Part shown: positions 37,401 to 46,125 of the stretch, one piece after another | Position numbering within the stretch: position 1 is the stretch's first letter | How the letters are laid out: each line of letters starts with the position of its first letter | IMG/VR virus record: IMGVR_UViG_3300034341_000353 | Location: 1-47,702 of that record | Strand: one strand, 5' to 3' | DNA: 47,702 bases | From: a virus | Taxonomy: Duplodnaviria; Caudoviricetes | Made by a program: the position numbers and the translations under genes | Notes under the pieces: generated by a model | The model's database searches: none | What the model saw: the letters and a program-made list of their open reading frames with translations, nothing else | What the model was told of the DNA's origin: nothing

Positions 37401-39626
37401 AAAGGCACTCTATCTGAAACTGTGTCGGTTAAAAAAGGAAGAGATACATATATTGTTTCTTGGCTTGAAAACTATGTCAACAAAAAGTTGTTTAAAAAAT
37501 TGATGAAGAAAACAGGCGCTATCACAGGAGTATACCCTAATGCTGTGATTCCTGGAGCTTATATAGACTTTCTAAACGATCCAAATACTTTTGACATAGT
37601 AACTAAAGCTTTACCAATTAAAAGCATTAAAAAGAGCTATGGTAAGTTGTTTCCTACAGAAAAAGTCGGCAGAGAATTAACAGCAGAAGGTAATCCTGTT
37701 TTTAGAATTAAACCAATAGAACCGAGAACTTTTTTAACTTATTTTGTAAAGGGTAAAAAGTCTACTGTACTAGAAAGACAAAAGCAATTATTTAGAGAAA
37801 TACTTGAGCCATTAGCTAAGCAAATTGTTGCTGACTATGCAACCCCTGAAAACCTAGATCAATTAAAATCTATTCAAGAGCTTGCTCCTGATACTTCTCT
37901 AGATGTTCAGGCAAGTATTATAATAGAAGCTCAATTAAATGATCTTCAAAGTCAACTTGATAGATATAAAGGCGAGAAAACAGGTTTTGATATTATACAA
38001 TTTTCCAAAACTGTTACTACTGAACAAAAGCAAAACATATCTAACGCTTTAACTCCTTTACTTGAAAAATTATCTACCAATGATTTTAAGTATTACGTAG
38101 TTCAAGATATCCTAGAGGGGGTTAAGAAGGTAAAAGATTTCAAAGGTCTAGCGGAGCTTGTATGGAATGCTGGTAATGATACTTTAAATAAAAACAGTAT
38201 TAGAACATATAGAGCAGAATTATTAAAGCTATTAGCAAACAAGCTGAATTACACAGATACTGTTAAATTCTTAATAAGTGCTATAAACCAACACCAAAAA
38301 GTATATAAGTATCAACAAAAGGTTATTGGATTTGATTATTCTTTGGCAAACTTTAAATCATCTCTTAATGATGTAAATGGAATAGAAGCAAAAGCGGATG
38401 TTGCAGAACTTTTCTTAAGGTATATAAGTAGGTCCATAAGAACACTTAAGCTTGATGGCATAACAAAAAATTCGCAAGTATACGACCAAATATTAAAACC
38501 TATATTAGGTGATCCTAAAAAATATGGGTTTTCTTTAGAAGTAGATAAAGTTAAAAACAGATCTTATATTCTTAAAGACGGTGTAAGGCTACAAGGTTTA
38601 ACTGATGTAACCAATATAAAAGCGGATTTCGTTAATAATGTAAAAACTATAAACGAGGAAGCTGTAGAGGTTAGAGAGTGGTTACTTAATGAAGCTCAAA
38701 AAGCTATATACAATAAGAATGGAGATTCTTTTATAGGTTTTCTTTCTTTAATAAGTGCAGATCAAAGGGGTGTTATAAGAAAAATGAACTCTGCGGGATT
38801 TGCAATGGAAGGTTTAGCAGTTAAGGATTCTATACTTGAACATGAGACTGAAGCTGTGGAGGTATTTCAAGCATGGAAAGATTTTGTAGAAGGAAAATTA
38901 GATGACATACAATTAACTAACTTTTTAGACGGAGCTAAAGTAAATTTAGTATCTAGGGAATTAGACGCGCTTTTAAGAAAAGTTCAAAAAGAAACAGGAA
39001 AAAGAGGTAAAGCAAGATATGCTGACCAACGTGTTATAGATTTTTTAGCAAATAAAAAAACTATACAGTTTTCTAAAACAAAATATAACTGGGATCCATT
39101 TGATATGGCTGACGTGGTTACTATGTCTTTGTTTGGTAAAACTAAGGCGTTCAAAAACAAACAAGGATTTGAAAGAACATATAAGTATTTAACACCGGCA
39201 CAACAGGCAGAGGTTAGAGCTGAGATGAAAAAGCATAAGTTGTTGCAATTTAGCAAAACTCTTAACAAAGCTAAAGCTATGGTTAATAGACCTGACGCTC
39301 CTCAAAAAGGTATTAGTGTTTGGGACTTTGATGACACATTAGCTACAACTAAAAGTAATGTTTTATATACATTGCCAGATGGTACAAAAGGAAAAATAAA
39401 CGCCACTGAGTTTGCTTTGCAGGCAGATCAGTTAGCAGCTAAAGGTGCTACTTTTGATTTTAGTGAATTTAGCAAGGTTATGCAGGGAGCTAAAGGCCCT
39501 ATGTTTGATAAAGCAATTGCTCGTAACAAAAAATTCGGTAACAGCAATGTGTACATTTTAACTGCTCGACCAGCTAATTCAAAATATGCTATACACGAGT
39601 TTTTAAAATGCTTACAAAAATGTTAA
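34434..39626 (+). CDS. Giant polyvalent ejection protein, N-terminal part (zincin, sigma-like and HAD domains)
   Basis: HEVLH at 36228-36242; AIRTYNPAKNKDLAGYV near 37115-37166; WDFDDTL (39321-39341) and ILTARP; four [KQ]FSK motifs. Confidence 0.75.
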   Translation: MEKLFEALQASGQYTKSFSDFQSQFGSLEGQEKLYGALKESGSYTKSMNDFTSQFFNTAEPVKTNDSASADPAVESNQNATGSQSEKPLSAWQSIKNSFSNVGEQVGDVFEFWFDTNEEEGGGARASLDIATNTVYAGIFGQDKVDEYVKKHGEDSWVAQGLGTKSTLESIEKYKKEQLESKDTLGIIESVKKGDVSGALAGGVNALTSMIGSVIYGAGTLGTGFFMDYTAENFVEYNKLKAENLGVSFDELVQSGEADNAIPVGMGVISTGLEFIGLGTVAKGVKGAVKGTGPTGLVGMGSKYLAQKLIYNKGARSTMRMFSTGATEFTTEILQHAADKVNIEYGRVAGTDNEAEVFKTVIDAVTSQEGLEAGLQGFIGGGGMVAGSYSAKSMNTIRTVVDGDKIDKNINELSVLRKKFNATDNKLVKEGIQSQINEKESEIADSVRKGNDIYNSLDDKQISKIESLTDLADAAAFKTTELNKQFRKNEISESQYASAMEGFKSEYDGARQQLIDMNLEQNIESAKTIAKEKGLEMDVFTTAEVESLMNSDKVSEETRKTYFDNKDNGFDISAFAIGNKIVIDKDIARKTGSINAGMHEVLHPVLNKLIGGVKEQGKMVRQFRKSMTSSQRNFVDAKMKERGYTGKAYNTEYVNVFSDALRKKQINYDKTTFEKIGDAIVGLFKPVGYTNIGFESGKDVYNFIKEFDQSAEQGKLTSKAAAALKDVDLSDAGLQDGIKFSKTVEEAQANLEDAQNADPNDPRYFDNLDAAEAALDAAEEAAANPQAVVETTPKPKAKPKVKKERPVKPTRTTDLGPRDPLSQKIMDQYNVGMYGIERKEYTASKPLPAPVERKLVPMFEGYINTIVQQKFKQFAPEALEFQDALAILRAEVIAAIRTYNPAKNKDLAGYVKKIVQTRQSLMFKEANKEFTSDISDAKGVIATKDTQSIDRSGNVERGQRTFDELDIVDQDLIDDIKADLEKEIRVRVQKGTLSETVSVKKGRDTYIVSWLENYVNKKLFKKLMKKTGAITGVYPNAVIPGAYIDFLNDPNTFDIVTKALPIKSIKKSYGKLFPTEKVGRELTAEGNPVFRIKPIEPRTFLTYFVKGKKSTVLERQKQLFREILEPLAKQIVADYATPENLDQLKSIQELAPDTSLDVQASIIIEAQLNDLQSQLDRYKGEKTGFDIIQFSKTVTTEQKQNISNALTPLLEKLSTNDFKYYVVQDILEGVKKVKDFKGLAELVWNAGNDTLNKNSIRTYRAELLKLLANKLNYTDTVKFLISAINQHQKVYKYQQKVIGFDYSLANFKSSLNDVNGIEAKADVAELFLRYISRSIRTLKLDGITKNSQVYDQILKPILGDPKKYGFSLEVDKVKNRSYILKDGVRLQGLTDVTNIKADFVNNVKTINEEAVEVREWLLNEAQKAIYNKNGDSFIGFLSLISADQRGVIRKMNSAGFAMEGLAVKDSILEHETEAVEVFQAWKDFVEGKLDDIQLTNFLDGAKVNLVSRELDALLRKVQKETGKRGKARYADQRVIDFLANKKTIQFSKTKYNWDPFDMADVVTMSLFGKTKAFKNKQGFERTYKYLTPAQQAEVRAEMKKHKLLQFSKTLNKAKAMVNRPDAPQKGISVWDFDDTLATTKSNVLYTLPDGTKGKINATEFALQADQLAAKGATFDFSEFSKVMQGAKGPMFDKAIARNKKFGNSNVYILTARPANSKYAIHEFLKCLQKC

Positions 39627-41679
39627 AGCAGTGCAAGGGGTTCTTGAAGAGGCTGATGTAAAATCTAAAGTACACCAAGCAAAGGTTCAATTCTCTAAAG
39701 ATATAAATAAAGACTTTAATAAAATAATAGAAGACGTTACTGGAATAAAAGCTACTACTAAAGTTTTTGAGGCTGCAAGTAAAGTGATAGGTAAAACAAA
39801 AGATAAGTTTAAGTTTTTTGTACCTTACTCAGCTGAAGATTTTGTTGGACTATTATATCCATTAATGGGAGAAGGAAGAAAAGGAGATGCTCACGCTGCT
39901 TGGTTTAAAAAAGCATTACTAGACCCTTATGCTAAAGGCTATAGAGATTTTGAATCATATAAAGAGAACGCGACAAGCATAGTTAAAGAGCTTATTAAAA
40001 GTTTTAAAGACGTCCCTTCTGGTTTAGAAGAAACAAACTCCACAGGGTTTACCAATGAAATGGCGTTAAGAGTTATATTGTGGGCTAAGAACGGCCATGC
40101 AATACCTGGTTTATCAAAACAAGAAAGAAGCGACTTAATAAAAGTTGTACAGGGTAATCCTGAGCTACTAAGATTTGCAAAACAAATACAAGCTACCTTA
40201 GGTGGTTATCCTGAGCCATCTAGTAATTGGTATTCGGGTACTATTACCACTGATGCCATAGGTATGATAAACACAACTAAGAGGGCTGAGTTTTTAGAAG
40301 CTTGGCAGCAAAACGCAGATGCAATATTCTCTAAGGACAACATGAATAAACTGAGATTGCAATTTGGTGAAAACTACACTGAAGCTCTTGAGGATATACT
40401 TTACAGAATGAAGACAGGTCGGAATAGACCTATAGGAGCAAACAAGCTTACTAACAACTTCATGAATTGGGTAAATGATTCTGTTGGTACTATAATGTTC
40501 TTTAACACTAGATCAGCGTTACTACAAACATTGTCTATTGTTAACTTTGTAAACTGGGGAGATAATAACCCTATAGCTGCAGCAGAAGCTTTTGCGGATC
40601 AAGATCAATTTTGGAAAGACTTCAGTATGCTATTCAACTCTGATTTCTTAAAGCAGAGAAGGTCTGGTTTAAAGAATGACGTAAATGCAGATGACATTGC
40701 AAGAGCAGCTGAAACAGCTACTAATAAATATAAAGCCGCCCTTAGCGCAATACTTAAAGCAGGTTTCTTGCCTACTCAAATAGCGGATAGTTTCGCTATA
40801 GCAATGGGGGGAGCATCGTTTATTAGAAATAGAATAAATAAGTACAAAGAAGACGGTATGTCAGAGGCTACTGCTAAAGAAAAAGCTTTTTTAGACTTCC
40901 AAGAAATAGCAGAAGAAACACAACAGTCTTCAAGACCAGACAGAGTATCTCAGCAACAAGCAAGCCCATTGGGACGTATTATATTAGCCTTCGCTAATAC
41001 ACCCATGCAGTACATGAGACTAACTAAAAAAGCTGTACTAGACCTTAAAAACGGCAGAGGTGACTATAAAACTAATATAACAAAAATAATATATTATACA
41101 ACGGTACAAAATATGATATTCTCTTCATTGCAATCAGCTATGTTTGCTGCTTTGTTTGAGGATGACGATGAGGAAATGATTGAGGATAAGCAACTAAGAG
41201 CAGCTAATTCCATGTTAGATTCCCTGTTACGTGGGACCGGGGTATATGGAGCCATAGCTTCAACAATTAAAAATATATTATTTGAAGTAAATAAACAATC
41301 CAAAAAAGATCGACCTGATTATACACAAGCTGGTTTAAGGATGCTTAGTATATCTCCGCCTGTAGATTCTAAAATAAGAAAAGTACTTAGTACAGGTAGA
41401 GCTTTTAGTTATAAAACTACTAGAGAAAAAATGAAAGGATTTGGGTTAGACAACCCTGCTTACTATGCAGTAGGTCAATCTATATCTGCCTTCACTAATA
41501 TACCAATAGATAGAGTTGTTAGAAAGCTAGATAATTTAAGAGTTGTTTTTAGCGATGATACAAAGTACTGGCAAAAAGTTGCATTACTATTAGGTTATAG
41601 TCAATGGGATTTAGGATTAGTACAAAAGAAAGACACGCCAAATAAGTTTGGGAAAACAAGCAAATGGAAAAAAAGATAA
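39610..41679 (+). CDS. Giant polyvalent protein, C-terminal part (out-of-frame continuation)
   Basis: The +1 frame reads AYKNVKAVQGVL... (HAD C-terminal helix), then a fifth QFSK and a large helical domain (TQQSSRPD...FANTPMQY). Confidence 0.7.
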   Translation, partial: AYKNVKAVQGVLEEADVKSKVHQAKVQFSKDINKDFNKIIEDVTGIKATTKVFEAASKVIGKTKDKFKFFVPYSAEDFVGLLYPLMGEGRKGDAHAAWFKKALLDPYAKGYRDFESYKENATSIVKELIKSFKDVPSGLEETNSTGFTNEMALRVILWAKNGHAIPGLSKQERSDLIKVVQGNPELLRFAKQIQATLGGYPEPSSNWYSGTITTDAIGMINTTKRAEFLEAWQQNADAIFSKDNMNKLRLQFGENYTEALEDILYRMKTGRNRPIGANKLTNNFMNWVNDSVGTIMFFNTRSALLQTLSIVNFVNWGDNNPIAAAEAFADQDQFWKDFSMLFNSDFLKQRRSGLKNDVNADDIARAAETATNKYKAALSAILKAGFLPTQIADSFAIAMGGASFIRNRINKYKEDGMSEATAKEKAFLDFQEIAEETQQSSRPDRVSQQQASPLGRIILAFANTPMQYMRLTKKAVLDLKNGRGDYKTNITKIIYYTTVQNMIFSSLQSAMFAALFEDDDEEMIEDKQLRAANSMLDSLLRGTGVYGAIASTIKNILFEVNKQSKKDRPDYTQAGLRMLSISPPVDSKIRKVLSTGRAFSYKTTREKMKGFGLDNPAYYAVGQSISAFTNIPIDRVVRKLDNLRVVFSDDTKYWQKVALLLGYSQWDLGLVQKKDTPNKFGKTSKWKKR

Positions 41680-41683
41680 TAAT

Positions 41684-41914
41684 ATGAGCAAACCAATTAC
41701 AGCAAAAACAAGCAAAGTAGGTGCTACTACATATTGTAATAAGTGCAAAGACAAGAACTGCAACTGTTCCAAGTCTTCTCCTGCAACAAGAAAAGATGCT
41801 TGCTATAGTAAAGTAAAAAGTAGATATAAAAAATGGCCTTCAGCTTATGCAAGTGGAGCTTTAGCAAAATGTAGAAAAGTAGGCGCTGCTAACTGGGGAA
41901 ATAAATCTAAATAA
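41684..41914 (+). CDS. Small basic Cys-rich protein with PIT tag (KDACYxKVK...WPSAYASG family)
   Basis: Start moved to ATG 41684; MSKPITAK...SSPATRKDACYSKVKSRYKKWPSAYASGALAKCRK. Confidence 0.7.
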   Translation: MSKPITAKTSKVGATTYCNKCKDKNCNCSKSSPATRKDACYSKVKSRYKKWPSAYASGALAKCRKVGAANWGNKSK

Positions 41915-41916
41915 CT

Positions 41917-42162
41917 ATGGCCTATAAATCACCATGCAAACAAGTTAGAAAAAGCAAAGAAGGACTTGCTTTAAAAAGATGGTTTGAAGAAGACTGGAAA
42001 ACCCCAAAGGGTAATGAAGATTACTCAGAAGGGGAAAACACATTCAGGCCAACTAAAAAAGTATCTAATAAAACACCAAAAACCTGGAGTGAAGTTACTC
42101 CCGAATCCAAAGCAAAAGCCCAAAAAGAAAAGAACACTAAAGGTAGAGTTACCAAATATTAA
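41917..42162 (+). CDS. Small basic protein (LKRWFxExW family)
   Basis: MAYKSPCK...GLALKRWFEEDW...RPTKKVSNKTPKT. Confidence 0.65.
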   Translation: MAYKSPCKQVRKSKEGLALKRWFEEDWKTPKGNEDYSEGENTFRPTKKVSNKTPKTWSEVTPESKAKAQKEKNTKGRVTKY

Positions 42163-42165
42163 AAC

Positions 42166-42321
42166 ATGAGCTTACAAGAAATAAAGTTATACGCTATAAA
42201 CGGCAGCACACTAGGAGTTACAACCTTTACTCAAATAGAGGATTGGTTAAAAATAATACTATTAATAGTAACTATAGGTTATACTATATCTAAATGGTCA
42301 AAAGTACGTGAGGAAGATTAA
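42166..42321 (+). CDS. Putative small holin (51 aa, not in ORF track)
   Basis: MSLQEIKLYAINGSTLGVTTFTQIEDWLKIILLIVTIGYTISKWSKVREED; TM helix with charged C-tail, overlapping the endolysin start. Confidence 0.65.
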   Translation: MSLQEIKLYAINGSTLGVTTFTQIEDWLKIILLIVTIGYTISKWSKVREED

Positions 42322-42715
42322 TAAAATAATAATACACTGTTCTGCTACAAGAGAAGGTGAAGATATATCCGCAGCTACTATAGATAAGTGGCATCGAGAT
42401 AGGGGATGGAGCGGTATTGGTTATCATTATATTGTGTCCTTAAATGGAAACATTGAGTACGGTAGACCTATAGATAAGCAGGGGGCTCATGTAAAAAACC
42501 ACAATAAAGGAAGTATAGGCGTATGTTATATAGGCGGGTTAGATGAGTTTTTAGATCCAAAAGATACTAGAACATTAGAACAAAAAGAAAGCTTGTTAGA
42601 CTTAATAAAAACATTGAAAAGATTAAACCCCGAGGCTACTATTCATGGGCATAATGAGTTTGCTGCAAAAGCATGTCCTTGTTTTAATGTTGAGGAAGAA
42701 TATTGTAACTTATAA
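42308..42715 (+). CDS. Endolysin, N-acetylmuramoyl-L-alanine amidase (T7 lysozyme/Amidase_2 type)
   Basis: IIIHCSAT, GWSGIGYHY, GAHV, SIGVCYIGG and HGHNEFAAKACP motifs. Confidence 0.93.
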   Translation: MRKINKIIIHCSATREGEDISAATIDKWHRDRGWSGIGYHYIVSLNGNIEYGRPIDKQGAHVKNHNKGSIGVCYIGGLDEFLDPKDTRTLEQKESLLDLIKTLKRLNPEATIHGHNEFAAKACPCFNVEEEYCNL

Positions 42716-42726
42716 AAATAAAAAAA

Positions 42727-42822
42727 ATGAAGAAAATAAAATTATTTATTGACAAATTACAGAATTTATGGAATAAATTAATGTACAGACTAATGTTTCA
42801 TAACTACAGAGAGAAAGAATGA
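42727..42822 (+). CDS. Tiny amphipathic peptide (31 aa)
   Basis: MKKIKLFIDKLQNLWNKLMYRLMFHNYREKE; A-rich leader; ATGA overlap with the next gene. Confidence 0.5.
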   Translation: MKKIKLFIDKLQNLWNKLMYRLMFHNYREKE

Positions 42823-42983
42823 AAAAGCTAATAATAGTTTTTTGCATTATACTTTCTTCTTGCGGAACAACTAAAAACACTCCATCTTCTGTTAATGAAA
42901 ATCAAGAAGTGGAGCAACGTGTTATGAACGGCTTACTGTTTAGTCTTGTTACATATATATTTTTTTCCGTGTTAAAGAAATAA
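42819..42983 (+). CDS. Small lipoprotein with C-terminal TM helix (unimolecular-spanin-like)
   Basis: MKKLIIVFCIILSS-CGTTK lipobox; C-terminal GLLFSLVTYIFFSVLKK; last gene of the lysis cassette. Confidence 0.6.
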   Translation: MKKLIIVFCIILSSCGTTKNTPSSVNENQEVEQRVMNGLLFSLVTYIFFSVLKK

Positions 42984-43013
42984 AAAAAAGGAGGCACCAC
43001 ACCTCCCTTTTTT
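42982..43013. terminator. Bidirectional intrinsic terminator between converging arms
   Basis: A-run, GGAGG-CACCACA-CCTCC stem-loop, then T-run. Confidence 0.8.
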
Positions 43014-43023
43014 AACAAACAAA

Positions 43024-44742
43024 CTAACCATCGCACGCAAGACAATCCTCATTCATTGCTTGCTGTGCAATATCTCCACGTAGAACACTTTCTGTTCTAG
43101 TATAATATAAAGTTTTCACGCCGTTTTTCCAAGCATCAAAGTGCACTCTATTAAGCCACTTAGGTGTTGCTTCACTAGGAAACGCGAGATTCAAACTAAC
43201 CGACTGATCTATGTATTGTTGGCGTATGCCAGCTTGATTTACTAGTTCTAGTTGGTTTATTTCTTTAAAAGTTTTAAAAACTTCTTTAGCTGGTATATCA
43301 TGCCCCATAGTAATATCACTAAGCTCATCGATATCCTGAACCGAGCCTCCGTCAGCAAGTATCTTATTCCATATTTCATTAGTGTTTAATTTATGTTTTC
43401 TTAATAACTTTAAAAGTGTAGGGTTTTTACGTATAAACGTGCCTTTAGCAGATTGCTCTGTAAATACATTAGCAGCCCAAGGCTCTATTCCTGGCGAGAC
43501 ATTGCCACCAAGTTTTGAATTACTAACAGTGGGAGCAACAGCACGCAAGTGAGTATTACGCATACCACTACCAGCACACCACAAAGGTTCACCATAAGTT
43601 TCAGCAAGTGCCATAGAAGCTCTTTCGCTTTCAATCTTAATTTGGCTAAAAATTTTCCTAGTCTCAAACTGAGATAATAAACCTTCGAAAGGAATACCTT
43701 TTTCCTGGAGATACGTATGCCATCCGAGGACCCCCAAGCCCAAGGCCCTTCCTTTTTGAGCTGATCGTATTGCATTTTCAAATCCTCTAAGTCCTTTTGC
43801 TCTTTGAATAAATTCTTCCATAACGCCATCAAGAAACCAGATAGCGTCGTATATAAGGTTAGTGTCTTTCCATTCTTCATATTTTGCTAAATTTAATGAT
43901 GATAAACAGCATACAAAACTGTGATTCTCATCTGTTGTTAATGTTATCTCGCTACATATATTAGTCATATGTACTTTCAGTCCGTTGTCTTTATATGCTT
44001 TTGGATTTGCTTTGTTAACATTTCCTTTAAACATAATATACGGTTCTCCAGTTGCTTTTCGCTTTCTAAGTAGTTTACTCCATCTAGTTCTAGCATTCGC
44101 ATCTCCTTGTTCAAGGCGTCGCATAAACTTATCACCCACAACTGCACACTGATGTAAGTTAAGCGATTGTCTGTTGACATCTCCTTTAGGCTCTCTAATT
44201 TCAAGCCATTCTTCGAAATCATCGTGTTCAATATTGATGTTAACCGATGCTGCTCCTCTTCTGACTGATCCTTGATTAGTCGCGAGTATTGTTGAGTCAT
44301 ATATTTTACAAAAAGGTACAACTCCGTCTGATGTTCCATTACCTGTTATTGTTGCGCCAGCGGGTCTAATTTGATTTACCCCGATACCAACTCCACCGCC
44401 GTGCTTAGCGAGTAGCATCATTTCTAAGTTCTTCTGTCCGATATCCTGTATCGAATCAGCAACGTCAATACCAAAGCAACTAATAGGCAAGCCGCGATCA
44501 GTCCCAGTGTTTGAGAGTACAGGACTAGCAAGACACAGCCAACCATTCCAAATATAATTAAAAAAAGTTTCAGCCATCTCTGGTTTATATAATCTACGAG
44601 CAACTGCTTTAGCGACTCTTTGGTATGCTTCTTTAGGTGTTTCTCCGTCGAATAAATATCCCCCGGATATAGTCTTCTTGTATACGTCGTTATTACCCCA
44701 CGTAGGGTAATCTTCACCTTTTTTCCAGTTTTCATTCCACAT
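43024..44742 (-). CDS. nrdA: Class I ribonucleotide reductase alpha subunit, short and without ATP cone
   Basis: ASPVLSN, ISCF, GGGVG, RRGA, TNICSEI, APTVSNS, KTLYY and C-terminal CLACDG. Confidence 0.95.
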   Translation of the reverse strand: MWNENWKKGEDYPTWGNNDVYKKTISGGYLFDGETPKEAYQRVAKAVARRLYKPEMAETFFNYIWNGWLCLASPVLSNTGTDRGLPISCFGIDVADSIQDIGQKNLEMMLLAKHGGGVGIGVNQIRPAGATITGNGTSDGVVPFCKIYDSTILATNQGSVRRGAASVNINIEHDDFEEWLEIREPKGDVNRQSLNLHQCAVVGDKFMRRLEQGDANARTRWSKLLRKRKATGEPYIMFKGNVNKANPKAYKDNGLKVHMTNICSEITLTTDENHSFVCCLSSLNLAKYEEWKDTNLIYDAIWFLDGVMEEFIQRAKGLRGFENAIRSAQKGRALGLGVLGWHTYLQEKGIPFEGLLSQFETRKIFSQIKIESERASMALAETYGEPLWCAGSGMRNTHLRAVAPTVSNSKLGGNVSPGIEPWAANVFTEQSAKGTFIRKNPTLLKLLRKHKLNTNEIWNKILADGGSVQDIDELSDITMGHDIPAKEVFKTFKEINQLELVNQAGIRQQYIDQSVSLNLAFPSEATPKWLNRVHFDAWKNGVKTLYYTRTESVLRGDIAQQAMNEDCLACDG

Positions 44743-45011
44743 TATTTTATAAAGTGTGTTATCCAGGCTATAAGCCCATTAATATTAAGTGCTACTAAGT
44801 TCCATTGCTTACGTGATGATGTTTGAACAACAACACATATAAAGCCGAATATGTATAGCATCGGATCTATCGTCCATTGTGCAGCTATTAAAAGACCGGA
44901 TCCCATATAACCTATACGGGATGCGACCTTCTGATATGCTGTTAATTTATTTGTATATCTTAAAAATTTTATAAGTCTATACTTCCATCTTCTTTTTCTG
45001 TTCATTACCAA
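44742..45011 (-). CDS. Small membrane protein between nrdB and nrdA
   Basis: Basic N-terminus followed by 2-3 hydrophobic segments; coupled to nrdA. Confidence 0.6.
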   Translation of the reverse strand: MVMNRKRRWKYRLIKFLRYTNKLTAYQKVASRIGYMGSGLLIAAQWTIDPMLYIFGFICVVVQTSSRKQWNLVALNINGLIAWITHFIK

Positions 45012-45973
45012 ATATCTTCAAAATCTTCGCCCTCGTTAGCTTTCGAGTAATCTGTCGAACGAATAGCGAAAAAATCAGTATGGGTAACGCCCCCGGTAAG
45101 ATGGTAAAACCAATCAAGATTACCCGCTGCATTCGAGTCATACGCGAAGTAGTTCCCAAGATCGACATAGCCGAGTTCCACAAGTTTTTCATTTGTTCTC
45201 TTTTTTATAAAGTGCTTTAGATCATTAGCTGATATACCTTCTATATCACCCATTTCAAACATTTTATTAATATAATTAGTTTCTAGGGTTACCATTGTTT
45301 CTGCAGCTTTTATAATATCTTCCCTGCATAAATTCAATAATTGATTGTTTTCACTGCACATATCGCGGAACAATTTACATCCCATTTTACTATGCAACGA
45401 TTCATCTCTTACTGACCACTTCATTTGCTGTCCGATACCCTTAAGTAAATTTCTAAGCTGAAAACTATAAAGCACAGCAAAAGCAGAATATAAGCTAACT
45501 CCCTCGGCGAAGGCTGAAAATACTGCCAGGCTTTTCGCAATGCCAATGCTATCGTTCCCGCTGTAAGCAACCAGATTATCAAATCTAGCGCTCGTTGCAG
45601 GTTCGTGTAAAAATGCTTCATAATCCTCTAGTTTTAATGTTTCGTTTAAATAACTATAAGCAACTGCATGAACAGTTTCTTGTGATCCGAACATCATTGC
45701 CATTTGTTGTATCTCGTGTTTAGGAAACCACGATACGACGTTCTGGGTCCAGTAATCTGAAACAGCGCATTCGGTTTGCGCGAATCCAAGAAGTATGTTC
45801 CCAACAAGGTGCTTTTCTTTTTCGTTAAGTTTTTCATTCCAGTCTTTTATATCGCTTTGCATTGAGATTTCTGTGTGCAACCAAAATGCTTGAGCTTGTT
45901 TTAACCAACCTTCCGTGTAGTACTCAGGGTATTCAAATGGTTTGTACGCTATGCGCTCATCGAATAGTCCCAT
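45005..45973 (-). CDS. nrdB: Class I ribonucleotide reductase beta subunit
   Basis: FW, QTEC, ETVHAVAY, EGVSLYSAF, RDESLH and DFF...Y motifs. Confidence 0.95.
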   Translation of the reverse strand: MGLFDERIAYKPFEYPEYYTEGWLKQAQAFWLHTEISMQSDIKDWNEKLNEKEKHLVGNILLGFAQTECAVSDYWTQNVVSWFPKHEIQQMAMMFGSQETVHAVAYSYLNETLKLEDYEAFLHEPATSARFDNLVAYSGNDSIGIAKSLAVFSAFAEGVSLYSAFAVLYSFQLRNLLKGIGQQMKWSVRDESLHSKMGCKLFRDMCSENNQLLNLCREDIIKAAETMVTLETNYINKMFEMGDIEGISANDLKHFIKKRTNEKLVELGYVDLGNYFAYDSNAAGNLDWFYHLTGGVTHTDFFAIRSTDYSKANEGEDFEDIW

Positions 45974-46125
45974 TAATTATCAATTTCTAAAGCTAAGTCA
46001 ATTAAAGGTAAATACAACACGTGTGTTGAAAAATCTTTCTCATGATAACTTCTTATTCCAAATAATATACCCGGGTAAAACCCAATGGTTAATGACCAAC
46101 CTCTTTCGTTTTTAATTTCCTCCAT
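45973..46125 (-). CDS. Hypothetical 50-aa protein (not in ORF track)
   Basis: MEEIKNERGWSLTIGFYPGILFGIRSYHEKDFSTHVLYLPLIDLALEIDN; TAATG-coupled to nrdB. Confidence 0.65.
   Translation of the reverse strand: MEEIKNERGWSLTIGFYPGILFGIRSYHEKDFSTHVLYLPLIDLALEIDN

Noticed and set aside
39600-39608. Programmed -1 frameshift at T TTA AAA joining the giant ORFs
   Set aside because: The downstream ORF is in the +1 frame, the -1 frame closes quickly, and HAD motifs are missing, which points to a deletion.
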